A program made the position numbers and the translations under genes. A DNA stretch of 64,000 nucleotides from Chthoniobacteraceae bacterium. GTDB taxonomy: Bacteria; Verrucomicrobiota; Verrucomicrobiia; Chthoniobacterales; Chthoniobacteraceae. This document shows positions 1 through 9,602 of the stretch, piece after piece (the first letter of the stretch is position 1; every line of letters starts with the position of its first letter). The notes under the pieces were generated by a model, which ran no database searches, was not told the origin of the DNA, and was given only the letters and a program-made list of their open reading frames with translations. The stretch lies in contig JBBCKI010000010.1 in NCBI GenBank assembly GCA_037190965.1, forward strand, positions 32,001-96,000. Reading direction: 5' to 3'.

Positions 1-1
1 G

Positions 2-418
2 CCCTTTCTAGCCAAGATGGTGGAGGCGGGATTGCTTGGCCGCAAGTCGGGCCGTGGGTTTTACGACTATCCGGGCGCGAAGGGGGAGCCGCGCACCAAC
101 TGGAACGCGCTCAATTTTCGAACCGGCGGCACGGCCCCGGATTCGGTAAGCCTGCGGGACCGGATGGTTTATCGGATGCTGGATGAGGCGGCGCGTTGCC
201 AGGACGAAAAGGTGGTGGCGACTGCGGAAGACGTGGACCTCGGGATGGTTCTTGGAGCCGGGTTCCCGCCATTCCGGGGCGGACCGCTTCGCTATGCCGA
301 CTCGCTGGGCGCGGAGTCGATCGTTGCCGGGATGAAGGCCCTACTAATGGAGCCGTGCGCGCGTTTGCAAACCATGGCGGCGCAAAACCAGAAATTTTAT
401 GAAGACGCAGCAGACTAG
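2..418 (+). CDS. fadJ: C-terminal fragment of fatty-acid oxidation complex alpha subunit (3-hydroxyacyl-CoA dehydrogenase); 5' end lies outside the window
   Basis: LGRKSGRGFYDY and DLGMVLGAGFPPFRGGPLRYAD motifs; frame open from the window edge; overlaps the acyl-CoA dehydrogenase gene. Confidence 0.85.
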   Translation, partial: PFLAKMVEAGLLGRKSGRGFYDYPGAKGEPRTNWNALNFRTGGTAPDSVSLRDRMVYRMLDEAARCQDEKVVATAEDVDLGMVLGAGFPPFRGGPLRYADSLGAESIVAGMKALLMEPCARLQTMAAQNQKFYEDAAD

Positions 419-2306
419 TCATTCAGGTGGTTCCGAACCGGGTGAGGTGATCGATACTTCCCGGATGTCCCCAGAGCAACGGGCTGCGCTGGAGATGACC
501 GAGGCCGCGCGCGAACCGGGCGGGGGCGACGGGGAGCGCGGTTTTGCCGGAGGGCTCTTCATGGGGCGATGGAATGTCGACGCGCTGGTTCCCTATCCCT
601 TGCAAAGCGCGGAGGACCGCGACCAGGGGGATGCGTTTCTGTTGCGGCTGGAGGCATTTCTGAAAGCGGAGGTCGATCCCGATGAGATCGATCGAATGGG
701 AGAGGTCCCTGACGCGGTGATCGAGGGGTTGGCGAAGCTGGGAGCCTTCGGCATCAAGATCGCGCCGGAGTATGGCGGGCTCGGTTTGTCGCAGACGAAC
801 TATTGCCGGGCGGCGATGCTGCTGGCCAGTTACTGCGGGAACCTGACCGCGCTGCTTTCCGCGCATCAATCCATCGGCGTGCCGCAACCCTTGATTCTAT
901 TTGGCACCGAAGAGCAGAAGCGGCGTTTCCTGCCGCGAGTGGCGGGCGGGGAAATCTCCGCCTTCGCATTGACCGAACCGGGCGTCGGCTCCGATCCCGC
1001 GCGAATGGAAACGCGGGCCGATCCTACCCCGGACGGCGCGGCGTTCCTTCTCAATGGCGAGAAGCTCTGGTGCACCAACGGCGTCAAGGCGGGCGTGGTG
1101 ATCGTCATGGCCAAGACGCCGCCGAAGCTGGTCAACGGGCGGGAGCGCGAACAGGTGACGGCGTTCCTTCTCGATATGAACACGCCGGGGATTGAGGTGG
1201 TGCGCCGCTGCCATTTCATGGGATTGCATGCGCTTTACAACGCGGTGATCCGGTTTCGCGATGTACGCATTCCCCGCGAAAATATCGTGATGGCGGAGGG
1301 AAAGGGGCTCCGCGTGGCGCTGACGACGCTCAATACGGGGCGGCTCACGCTTCCGGCGGCGTGCGTGGGACTGGCCAAGCGGTGCCTGGCCATCACGCGC
1401 CGTTGGGCCGCCGGGCGGGTGCAATGGGGCGCGCCGATCGGCAACCACGCCGCAATTGCCGACAAAATCGCCCGAATGGCCGCGAACGCGTTTGCGATGG
1501 AGGCGATGACGCTCTACACCGCCAGCCTCGTGGATCGCGACAAGCACGCGGATGTCCGGCTGGAGGCGGCCATGTGCAAGCTCTGGGCGACGGAGCGATC
1601 CTGGGAGGCGGTGGATGAGACAATGCAGATCCGTGGCGGGCGGGGCTACGAGACGGCTCAATCGCTCACAGCTCGCGGGGAGGAGGGGGTGCCTGTGGAA
1701 CGGTTCTTCCGCGACTCTCGCATCAATACGATCTTCGAGGGTTCCAGCGAAATCATGAGACTATTCATCGCCCGCGAAGCGCTCGACCCGCATTTGAAAA
1801 TCGGCGGGCCGATGCTCAATAGTCAGGCTCCGGTTGCGGACCGCGCCAAGGCGGCGGTCAGCGCGGCATGGTTCTATTCAAGCTGGTATCCCCGGCTGCT
1901 GCTGCCGGGCAAAAGCGAAGTTGAATGGCTTCCGCAACTGGCCAAGCCAATGCGTTGGGCGGAGCGCACGACACGACGGCTCGCGCTGACGCTTTTTCAC
2001 GCGATGGCATGGCATGGGCCGAAGCTGGAGCGCGAACAGGTTCTGCTGGGGCGTTTTGTCGATATCGGCACGGAACTCTTTGCCATGGCCGCCACCTGCG
2101 CCCGCGCCCAGGCGCTTGAGAAGACGGGGGACTGTGCGGAAGACGGCGCGGTGGACCTTGCCGTCTATTTCTGCGACAACGCGCGGTTGCGGATCGAAGG
2201 GCTTTTTCATGCGATCCGGAAGAACAACGACCGCGCAGGTTACAAGACCGCCCGGCGGGTGCTGGAAGGCCGTGCCGCGTGGGTGGAGAAGGGGATTGTG
2301 CGGTGA
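399..2306 (+). CDS. Acyl-CoA dehydrogenase (long, VLCAD/ACAD9-like)
   Basis: AFALTEPGVGSD, LNGEKLWCTNG, QIRGGRGYE and RINTIFEGSSEI motifs. Confidence 0.92.
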   Translation: MKTQQTSHSGGSEPGEVIDTSRMSPEQRAALEMTEAAREPGGGDGERGFAGGLFMGRWNVDALVPYPLQSAEDRDQGDAFLLRLEAFLKAEVDPDEIDRMGEVPDAVIEGLAKLGAFGIKIAPEYGGLGLSQTNYCRAAMLLASYCGNLTALLSAHQSIGVPQPLILFGTEEQKRRFLPRVAGGEISAFALTEPGVGSDPARMETRADPTPDGAAFLLNGEKLWCTNGVKAGVVIVMAKTPPKLVNGREREQVTAFLLDMNTPGIEVVRRCHFMGLHALYNAVIRFRDVRIPRENIVMAEGKGLRVALTTLNTGRLTLPAACVGLAKRCLAITRRWAAGRVQWGAPIGNHAAIADKIARMAANAFAMEAMTLYTASLVDRDKHADVRLEAAMCKLWATERSWEAVDETMQIRGGRGYETAQSLTARGEEGVPVERFFRDSRINTIFEGSSEIMRLFIAREALDPHLKIGGPMLNSQAPVADRAKAAVSAAWFYSSWYPRLLLPGKSEVEWLPQLAKPMRWAERTTRRLALTLFHAMAWHGPKLEREQVLLGRFVDIGTELFAMAATCARAQALEKTGDCAEDGAVDLAVYFCDNARLRIEGLFHAIRKNNDRAGYKTARRVLEGRAAWVEKGIVR

Positions 2307-2513
2307 GGTGGAGACTTGCCCAAGATCACATTCAACGATCGTTTAAGGTCGGAAAGCTCCAAACCACTCCACTGCTTTGAACGCCCGACCGTGGAATATA
2401 GCGGCAGAATATGGCGCTACATAAGCGCCAGGGTGGGCTGTCCTTAAAGCAAATAGCCTCAACCTACCATTGCATAGTTTTCGGCGCCGAATTGATTGGC
2501 TGATGCGATTTCA

Positions 2514-2918
2514 TCAGACTTTGGGGGCGTCTACGGCAAAGCGGAATTTTTGACCATTACAGTCTTCTATTTCGAATTCTCTAAGCCCCCAGAACTGAAT
2601 AGTCGGCTCCATGGTGATCTTGACACCTTTAGCCACGTATTCTGCATACAGGCCGTCTAGATCTCCCCGGCCATCAACATGTCCGAGATGAATGTAGATT
2701 CCGTCGGTCAAATCTTTCGCATCGGACCGGGGGGTTGCAAACTGAAGCATGACTTTGTCCTTGCTAACTCTAGCGTGAAAGCCAGGTTCTCCCACTACAA
2801 AATCAACCTTGAATCCAAGCTTGTCACGGTAGTATGCCACTGTGGCATCTACATCTTCGACGGGAATGACACTCTGAAGATCGTGGAAATTATAATCGTC
2901 CTTCTTTGGCTCGCTCAT
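2514..2918 (-). CDS. VOC/glyoxalase/bleomycin-resistance family protein
   Basis: VEDVDATVAYYRDKLGF and WGLREFEIEDCNG motifs. Confidence 0.85.
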   Translation of the reverse strand: MSEPKKDDYNFHDLQSVIPVEDVDATVAYYRDKLGFKVDFVVGEPGFHARVSKDKVMLQFATPRSDAKDLTDGIYIHLGHVDGRGDLDGLYAEYVAKGVKITMEPTIQFWGLREFEIEDCNGQKFRFAVDAPKV

Positions 2919-3172
2919 AGCGAGCTTGAATCTATTGAATCTGGATCAATATGCAAACAAAAGAAGCCTGCAACCCTCTAAGGAAACGCTGGTTTAATCG
3001 GAGAATTAAAGATTATCCGTTGAAAGGACGATTAGCTAAGATGGTCGATATTTGTCCGAAAAAAACTGCCGACAGGCCGCTGAAAAACGCATGTTTCTTT
3101 CAAGACCTATCGCTCGGACCCTTGGATGGCATTATTCAGAGTTTCCCTTTGGATCGATTTGAAGGACCGGCA

Positions 3173-3334
3173 GTTAGACCGCTCTCGCCGAGAGCGCGGG
3201 ATCGGTGAAGAATCGCACTTGACGCCCATCCCCGCAGGACGGACTTCCGGTGTTTGGATGTGGCCGCTTATGAACCCACGGGAGCCGATACCCGCGCTCG
3301 GCGGCGCGAGCGTGCTACCGGTGCTGCCGCACCA
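3173..3334 (+). repeat. REPIN-like REP doublet, copy A
   Basis: GTTAGACCGCTCTCGCCGAGAGCGCGGG ... CCCGCGCTCGGCGGCGCGAGCGTGCTACC plus tail GGTGCTGCCGCACCA; matches the other copies. Confidence 0.9.
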
Positions 3335-3378
3335 ATGGCCTTGGTTTCTCTTTCAGCCGGGTAATGAAGTATTCCTTG

Positions 3379-4758
3379 CTATCCCGTATGCGCCCTGCGT
3401 CCGCGCGCTTCGCGTTCCCTGAAGTAGAACTTCAGCGGCAGCCCCGTCCACTCGACCTCTTTGCGAATCTGCGCGTCGAGGTATTTGCGGTAGGAGTCGA
3501 TCATCAGGTCTTCCTGGTTGACGAAGAAGAGGATGCTCGGGATCGGGATCGCCTGGCTGACTTCCTTCTGTTCGGGCTGCGTGGCGTAAACGACTTTGAG
3601 CCGTTTGCCGGCGCGTGCGGGAGGCGGGTGCGCGGTGAGGGCCTCGGCAATCAGGCGGTTGAGTTGCCCGGTGCCGATGCGGTGTTGCGATCCCTTGCGG
3701 ATCTGCTCCACGAGCTTGAAGAGGCGCGTGAGCCCTTCGCTTTTGAGGGCGGAAAGGACGATGACCGGCGCGTAGTCGACAAAGAAAAGTTCGTTGCGAA
3801 TCTTCTCCAGCAACTCCGCAAGCTGTTCCTTGCGGCTGCCGAAGCCGCCCGCTTCCTTGACGAGATCCCACTTGTTAACCGCCACGAGGCACGGCTTTTG
3901 CGCCTCCTGAATCAATCCGGCGATCTTCTTGTCCTGCGCGGTGACGCCCATGGTGGCGTCCACGACGAGGATGCAGAGATCGGCGCGGCGGATGGTGCGC
4001 TCGCTGCGCATGACGCTGAAGATCTCCACGGACGACTCCTGCTTGCCGCGCGGACGGATCCCGGCGGTGTCAATGAGCGTGTAGGTGTGCCCGTTGCGTT
4101 CGTAGGGGATGTCGATGGCGTCGCGGGTGGTGCCTGAGATCGGCGAGACGAGCGTGCGGCTGTCCTGAAGGATCGCATTGACGAGCGACGATTTGCCCAC
4201 GTTGGGTCGCCCGACAATGGCGATGTCGATAGGTGGTTCGGCGGTTATGGCTGGCGCGTCGGGCGCGGGAGGGAGCATTGACTCGATGGTTTCCACCAGT
4301 TCCAGCGTGCCCCGGTTGTGTTCGGCGCTGATGCAAAGGGTCTTCTTGAACCCGAGCCGCGCGAAGTCGGAGTCGAGCGTGTCATGGTTCGGGTGGTCGA
4401 TTTTGTTGACGAGCAGGAGCATCGGTTTCTCGACCTTGCGGAGCCTGCGGGCGATCTCCTGATCCACGGGGTTCAAGCCGCTCTGGCCGTCGACCATGAA
4501 GAGGATGATGTCGCTCGTCTCGATGGCGAGGTTCACCTCAGCGTCGACCTGTTCGGTAAAGCTCGCGTCGGCGTCGCTGCCGATGCCGCCGGTGTCGATG
4601 ATGGTGAACGGCTCCCGGCCCAGGCTGCATTCCGCGGTAATGCGGTCGCGGGTAACGCCGGGTTGATCATGCACGATTGAAATACGACGGCGGGCAAGGC
4701 GATTGAAAAGGGCGGATTTGCCGACATTGGGGCGGCCGACGATGGCGACGGTTCTCAT
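3379..4758 (-). CDS. der: Ribosome biogenesis GTPase Der (EngA)
   Basis: Two GTPase domains, each with GRPNVGKS; DTGG/DTAG; NKID/NKWD; KH-like C-terminus. Confidence 0.97.
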   Translation of the reverse strand: MRTVAIVGRPNVGKSALFNRLARRRISIVHDQPGVTRDRITAECSLGREPFTIIDTGGIGSDADASFTEQVDAEVNLAIETSDIILFMVDGQSGLNPVDQEIARRLRKVEKPMLLLVNKIDHPNHDTLDSDFARLGFKKTLCISAEHNRGTLELVETIESMLPPAPDAPAITAEPPIDIAIVGRPNVGKSSLVNAILQDSRTLVSPISGTTRDAIDIPYERNGHTYTLIDTAGIRPRGKQESSVEIFSVMRSERTIRRADLCILVVDATMGVTAQDKKIAGLIQEAQKPCLVAVNKWDLVKEAGGFGSRKEQLAELLEKIRNELFFVDYAPVIVLSALKSEGLTRLFKLVEQIRKGSQHRIGTGQLNRLIAEALTAHPPPARAGKRLKVVYATQPEQKEVSQAIPIPSILFFVNQEDLMIDSYRKYLDAQIRKEVEWTGLPLKFYFREREARGRRAHTG

Positions 4759-4812
4759 GAAAAAATGGGAAAAATTACAGGGCGTTTAACAAGGGTTCTT
4801 TCGGTGCGGCGC

Positions 4813-5418
4813 TCAGGCTTTGGCGTGTTCGGCGGCCTGAAGCTGGCGGATGCCATCCCTCACGTAACCTACCCCTGAGATAAAGGTGAACAACCCGGCC
4901 AAAATCACAAGAACATCGAGAAGAAGGAAGGAGCGCCCGAACCATTCCCAGGAAGTGGTCAGTTGCAACATGGCTCCGCCAATGGCGGTCATTTGCAGGA
5001 AAGTGGCGATTTTTCCCGGCCAACTTGGCCGGACCTGCACCGATCCGTAAAAATACTGCAGGAGAACAGCCCCGGAAACGACGACGATGTCGCGGGCGAT
5101 GATCAACACCGGGAACCAGAGCGGGAACTCGTAGTGCCAGTTGGAGAAGGTGAGGGTGATGATGGCCGTCAGGAGTAGGCCCTTGTCGGCGATCGGGTCA
5201 AGAATGACGCCCAACTGGCTCTTCTGGTTGTAATGCCGGGCAATGTACCCGTCGATCCCGTCGCTCGCCGCCGCGATGACAAAAACGAGAATCGCCGAAA
5301 TACGGAGCCACTCCTCCGGCTGCCCCCGCAACACGCTCCGCCCGTAGTAGATCGCCAGCAGGACGAACACGGGGATCATCAAGATGCGGCTGATCGTGAT
5401 TTTGTTGGCGGTGGTCAT
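4813..5418 (-). CDS. pgsA: CDP-alcohol phosphatidyltransferase (PgsA-like)
   Basis: ANKITISRI and DGIDGYIARHYNQKSQLGVILDPIADK signature; start placed at ATG 5418 (MTTANK). Confidence 0.85.
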   Translation of the reverse strand: MTTANKITISRILMIPVFVLLAIYYGRSVLRGQPEEWLRISAILVFVIAAASDGIDGYIARHYNQKSQLGVILDPIADKGLLLTAIITLTFSNWHYEFPLWFPVLIIARDIVVVSGAVLLQYFYGSVQVRPSWPGKIATFLQMTAIGGAMLQLTTSWEWFGRSFLLLDVLVILAGLFTFISGVGYVRDGIRQLQAAEHAKA

Positions 5419-5514
5419 TAAGGGTGGCGGCGAAAACGGTTTCCACTCATTAACCGTCTTAATTCCGGGAAATGCAACGCCCAAGACGGGGTTGAAGTTC
5501 CGGGGGATGCATGA

Positions 5515-5677
5515 GGTAGCCCGCTCGCGCCGTCGAGCGCGGGATGGGTTTACAGGTCGCGTTTGGCGTTCATCCTCTCAGGACGGGCTGCTGGTGTTGG
5601 GATGCAACCCTTATAAAGCCACGGGAGCCGAACCCCGCGCTCGACGGCGCGAGCGGGCCGCCGGTGCTGCCGCGCCA
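5515..5677 (+). repeat. REPIN-like REP doublet, copy B
   Basis: GGTAGCCCGCTCGCGCCGTCGAGCGCGGG with inverted arm and GGTGCTGCCGCGCCA tail. Confidence 0.9.
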
Positions 5678-5749
5678 GTCAGTTCCCGGGTGTTTCAACG
5701 TGTTGACTTTTCTTCGAACATGAGAACCATGGCATTATCAGTTGGAGTT

Positions 5750-6232
5750 ATGCGCTGCCTTACCTTTGCTTTCGTCATCCTGATCTCCCAAGTGCTTTAT
5801 GCAGAGGAGATTCCGGGAATTGGTGAGTTTTCGGAACAGTATTGGTCGGCCATTCGGTCTAAAGACCCTCAGAAGATATTCGCGCTTTTCGATTCGCGGG
5901 TTTTTGAGCAACTGACGCCCGAAGAAAGCGAGTTTTTGAAGAAAACCTGGATGCGGGGCTATGTGAATAACGCGGAGCAGCAAGGCGATTCATACAAGAT
6001 CGCAACGAAGTCGTTTCCGCGTGAAGGCGATCCATTGCCGGAGTGGCGATGGGCGGCAAAGCCCGAGTATCAGATCGAGATCCAGACGTTCAAGAAAGTA
6101 GAAAACGGCACGGAGGGTCTCACGCTGATCCTTGATTTGGCGATCCAACGCGACGGCCGTTTTTATATCATTCGTCCTGTTCCACCGGTCGAGAAACTCG
6201 AAAGGCAAATGAAGAGGGAAAATGGCAATTAA
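5750..6232 (+). CDS. Hypothetical secreted protein
   Basis: Signal-peptide-like MRCLTFAFVILISQVLYA; the upstream part of the track ORF runs through pgsA antisense and the repeat, so the start was moved. Confidence 0.65.
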   Translation: MRCLTFAFVILISQVLYAEEIPGIGEFSEQYWSAIRSKDPQKIFALFDSRVFEQLTPEESEFLKKTWMRGYVNNAEQQGDSYKIATKSFPREGDPLPEWRWAAKPEYQIEIQTFKKVENGTEGLTLILDLAIQRDGRFYIIRPVPPVEKLERQMKRENGN

Positions 6233-6275
6233 CCCTGTCGCGCTTCGCCCCCATTCTCGACGGGTGAGTCAAATA

Positions 6276-7286
6276 ATGAAAATTCAAACCATCCTGACGA
6301 GTGCACTCTTCTCTGCGACGATGCTTCTTTGCGCCGAGCCGGTGAGCAATGATCGCTTTGAGAATCTGCCGTCAGCGCCTCTCGATGCCAAAGGCGGCAT
6401 GGTGCGTGATGGGGTCCAAATTGGGCTTTGGACGGAGAAAGAGAGTTACACGGGTAACGAAATCAGAAATGTTTGGTTGTTCGCCAGAAAGGAGATGGGG
6501 TCCCCGTATAGAATTGGCGTTGATGGCAATATCTACAAGGAGTCCATTTTTTACATCACTGACTCGGAGGGAAAAGTGACCAAGTTCCCTATTGGAGGGG
6601 CCATTGATGGAATGGTCGATCCTGTCCAATATTTCGGAGGCATTTCCGGATTGCTCGAGAAACTTCCGCCCGGTCGTTATGAGTTGGTTTGGAAGACAGA
6701 GAAGTTCGAATCGAACAGGATCAAGATCAATATAAAGGAACCGCCGCCCGCAGCTGATCAGATCGAGCATGGCAAACAGAGCGGCCCTGAGAGCGAGTTC
6801 AACCTGAATGCTTCATCGACTTCCATCAGGCGCAAGGGTGGTTCCGGCAAAGGACCGGGCAGCGGCACCTCGAAGCTCGCTGATCTTTCAATCCTGAAGA
6901 AAGATGCCGAGTTGGATGCGCCGGTTGCCGTCAGGATCGTATCGCTCGGTCGAAAGGTTGAGGGATTGGAAAGTATCAAGGAAAGGATCGTGGATGTGAA
7001 GATCACCAATCCGAATCCCTATGCGGTCTTTTTCCGGGGTCGCCAATACAGGGACAACAAAACGATTAAACCGCGATGGAATGCCCTCAAGGACGGGGTT
7101 TGGACAGAAGCAGGATGGGACTGGTGCGAAAGAGGAGCGCGGGATTGGATCGTCGAGCCAGGGGGCGAGATTGAAGTCATGCTTTATCTCCACTCTGAAT
7201 TGAAGGAGCAGCAGATCCTGGGGAGGTTCTACAGGGTGGATAATTCATCCGTTCAGTCGGATTGCCTGCTCTACGAGAAGGAATAG
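6276..7286 (+). CDS. Hypothetical secreted protein, apparently two domains joined by a G/S/K-rich linker
   Basis: Signal-like MKIQTILTSALFSATMLLCA; linker GGSGKGPGSGTS. Confidence 0.65.
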   Translation: MKIQTILTSALFSATMLLCAEPVSNDRFENLPSAPLDAKGGMVRDGVQIGLWTEKESYTGNEIRNVWLFARKEMGSPYRIGVDGNIYKESIFYITDSEGKVTKFPIGGAIDGMVDPVQYFGGISGLLEKLPPGRYELVWKTEKFESNRIKINIKEPPPAADQIEHGKQSGPESEFNLNASSTSIRRKGGSGKGPGSGTSKLADLSILKKDAELDAPVAVRIVSLGRKVEGLESIKERIVDVKITNPNPYAVFFRGRQYRDNKTIKPRWNALKDGVWTEAGWDWCERGARDWIVEPGGEIEVMLYLHSELKEQQILGRFYRVDNSSVQSDCLLYEKE

Positions 7287-7383
7287 GCGAGGCAACAGGG
7301 GTGGACGGGAAATCGGGGCGGGCTGAAAATTCCTTTTCCCAACATCGCTTTGCGCGTAGGGTGGCCCGCTATTTTTCCATTCC

Positions 7384-8760
7384 ATGCCCAAGGTCTTCAT
7401 CAAAACATACGGTTGCCAGATGAACGAGCGCGACTCCGAACAAGTCGCGCAGATGCTCATCGCGCGCGGCTATGAGATGACACCGAGCGAGCTTGAGGCC
7501 GACGTGGTGCTGCTCAATACGTGCAGCGTGCGCGACATGGCGGAGCAGAAGGCCATCGGCAAGATGGGCAACGTGATCCACAAGAAACGCGGGCAGCAGG
7601 CGGTGCTCGGGTTTCTCGGGTGCATGGCGCAGAGCCGGGGGCCGGAGCTGGCGAAGATGATGGATGTCGACCTCGTCGTCGGCACCCAGAAGTTTCACAA
7701 AGTCGCCGATTACGTGGAGGAACTGCTGGCCCGCAAGAAGGCTGAGAGCGAATCCACCGCCGCGCGCTTCATGGATGACGCCCGGTTTTCCATCGTGGAC
7801 GTGGAGGAGGAGGCCGGTTCCCAATCGACGATCCGCGATCACACCCTCAAGCCGCGCCAGAACACGGCGTTTGTCTCCATCATGCAAGGCTGCAACATGC
7901 ATTGCACCTTCTGCATCGTCCCGTACACGCGTGGGCCGGAGCGGAGCCGGGCGATCCCGGAGATCGTGAGCGAAGTCGAGGGGCTGGTGGCCCGCGGCGT
8001 CAAGGAGGTCACGCTGCTGGGGCAGATCGTCAACCTCTTCGGGCGGCATGAGTTTCCCAAGGTGGACGGCAAGGGGCCGTTCGTCCAGTTGCTGGAGGCG
8101 GTTCACGCCATCGAGGGGCTGGAGCGGCTGCGTTTCACCTCGCCGCACCCGATCGGCTACAAGCAGGATCTTATCGAGGCCTTCCGGTATCTCCCCAAAC
8201 TGGTGGAGCACGTTCACCTCCCGCTGCAATCGGGCTCCAACCGCATCCTCAAGGCGATGCACCGCACCTACACGGCGGAGAAGTATTACGATCTGGTCGA
8301 GAGGATCCGGGCCGTTCGCCCCGACATGGCGATCACCACCGATGTCATCGTCGGCTTCCCCGGCGAGACTGAGGAGGATTACCAGGCCACGCGGCAACTG
8401 GTGGAGAAGGTCGGCTTCGACAACGCGTTTATCTTCCGTTATTCCAAGCGCAAGGACACCCCGGCCGCCGAGCTTCCCGACCAGGTGGATGAGGAGGTCA
8501 AGGAACGGCGCAACCAGGATCTGCTCCAGGTGATCGACGAAAGCGCCAAGCGAAAGCTCGACGCGATGGTGGGGACCCGCGTGGAGATTCTGTGCGAAGG
8601 CCCCAGCCGGACCAACGCCGAGCGGCTCACCGGGCGCACGCGGGGAAACAAGATTGTCATCTTCGACGGGAGCGACCGCCACATCGGGCAGGTTTTCGAG
8701 GTGCAGGTGACGCATTCGAGCGGTTTCTGTCTCTATGGAGACCCTGCGCTGCTTTCCTGA
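7384..8760 (+). CDS. miaB: tRNA-2-methylthio-N6-dimethylallyladenosine synthase
   Basis: TYGCQMNERDSE, NTCSVR, radical SAM CNMHCTFC, C-terminal TRAM domain. Confidence 0.97.
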   Translation: MPKVFIKTYGCQMNERDSEQVAQMLIARGYEMTPSELEADVVLLNTCSVRDMAEQKAIGKMGNVIHKKRGQQAVLGFLGCMAQSRGPELAKMMDVDLVVGTQKFHKVADYVEELLARKKAESESTAARFMDDARFSIVDVEEEAGSQSTIRDHTLKPRQNTAFVSIMQGCNMHCTFCIVPYTRGPERSRAIPEIVSEVEGLVARGVKEVTLLGQIVNLFGRHEFPKVDGKGPFVQLLEAVHAIEGLERLRFTSPHPIGYKQDLIEAFRYLPKLVEHVHLPLQSGSNRILKAMHRTYTAEKYYDLVERIRAVRPDMAITTDVIVGFPGETEEDYQATRQLVEKVGFDNAFIFRYSKRKDTPAAELPDQVDEEVKERRNQDLLQVIDESAKRKLDAMVGTRVEILCEGPSRTNAERLTGRTRGNKIVIFDGSDRHIGQVFEVQVTHSSGFCLYGDPALLS

Positions 8761-8832
8761 GCTTCCCTGCTTTCAAAACGCTCATGCAAATAGCTTGAGA
8801 ACGAGTGAAGTTTCGCCTTTTCTGCATCTTCC

Positions 8833-9390
8833 ATGATTTACAACCTGAGCTTGCACACGGCCGGTTTGATTCTCGGGCTGCTGCTGGTCGTGCTTCACGG
8901 CCTGGCGCTGGTCCACTCGCAGGGGACACGCCAGTTGTTGCGTGCATTCCCGCGTTCCCGGCAAATCGGGGTGGCTTTGTTGACGATTGACGCCGTTTGG
9001 GCGTTCCTTCTCGTCACGAAAATGGATTTGGGGGAGTTTACTCCGTGGCGGCAAATGATTCTCGTGGCGATTGTCGCCGGTTATTTTCTTACGTTGATCT
9101 ACGTCGATGAGTTTCTCTCCGTGCGAGCGTTGGGCATCCTTATGCTTCTTGCGGCGGAACCGCTGCTGGAAGCCGCTTTTCTGAAGCCGGAGGCAAGCCG
9201 TTTGCTTTTGACCCTGGTGGCTTACGCCTGGGCGACGTTAGGGCTGTTCTGGGTTGGCATGCCGTACCTGCTGCGCGACCAGATCGGTTGGGTCTCCAAG
9301 ACGGACGGGCGCTGGCGTGTGGCCGCGCTCGCCGGGCTGGTTTACGGCGCGGTGGTCTTGTTCTGCGCGGTGACGCAGTTCGGGAACTAA
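8833..9390 (+). CDS. Hypothetical integral membrane protein
   Basis: About six hydrophobic helices; DEFLSVRALG motif. Confidence 0.75.
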   Translation: MIYNLSLHTAGLILGLLLVVLHGLALVHSQGTRQLLRAFPRSRQIGVALLTIDAVWAFLLVTKMDLGEFTPWRQMILVAIVAGYFLTLIYVDEFLSVRALGILMLLAAEPLLEAAFLKPEASRLLLTLVAYAWATLGLFWVGMPYLLRDQIGWVSKTDGRWRVAALAGLVYGAVVLFCAVTQFGN

Positions 9391-9408
9391 CAGGAAAATC
9401 TCGTAAGA

Positions 9409-9569
9409 TTTTCCTCGTTCCTAAACTCTGTTTGGGAACGCCCATGTCCTCGAAACTCCAGTTTCGAAACCCCTGTCCGTTCCGGCAACCTGCACGAGAT
9501 GATGAGGTTTTCGAATCAGAGATTCGGGGACAATGGCATTACCAATCTGGAGATTGGTAACGAGGAAAA
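9409..9569. repeat. Second palindromic doublet family (CTCGTT-tagged) between convergent genes
   Basis: Left TTTTCCTCGTTCCTAAACTCTGTTTGGGAACG...CGAAACTCCAGTTTCG mirrored by right CGAATCAGAGATTCG...CATTACCAATCTGGAGATTGGTAACGAGGAAAA. Confidence 0.75.
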
Positions 9570-9602
9570 GCGGCGATAAAATAGCCGCTTTGAAAGGACT
9601 GC

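Noticed and set aside
2398..2421. Short hairpin ending in GCTAC, resembling a GTAG REP fragment
   Set aside because: Weak stem with no similarity to the arms of the main family.
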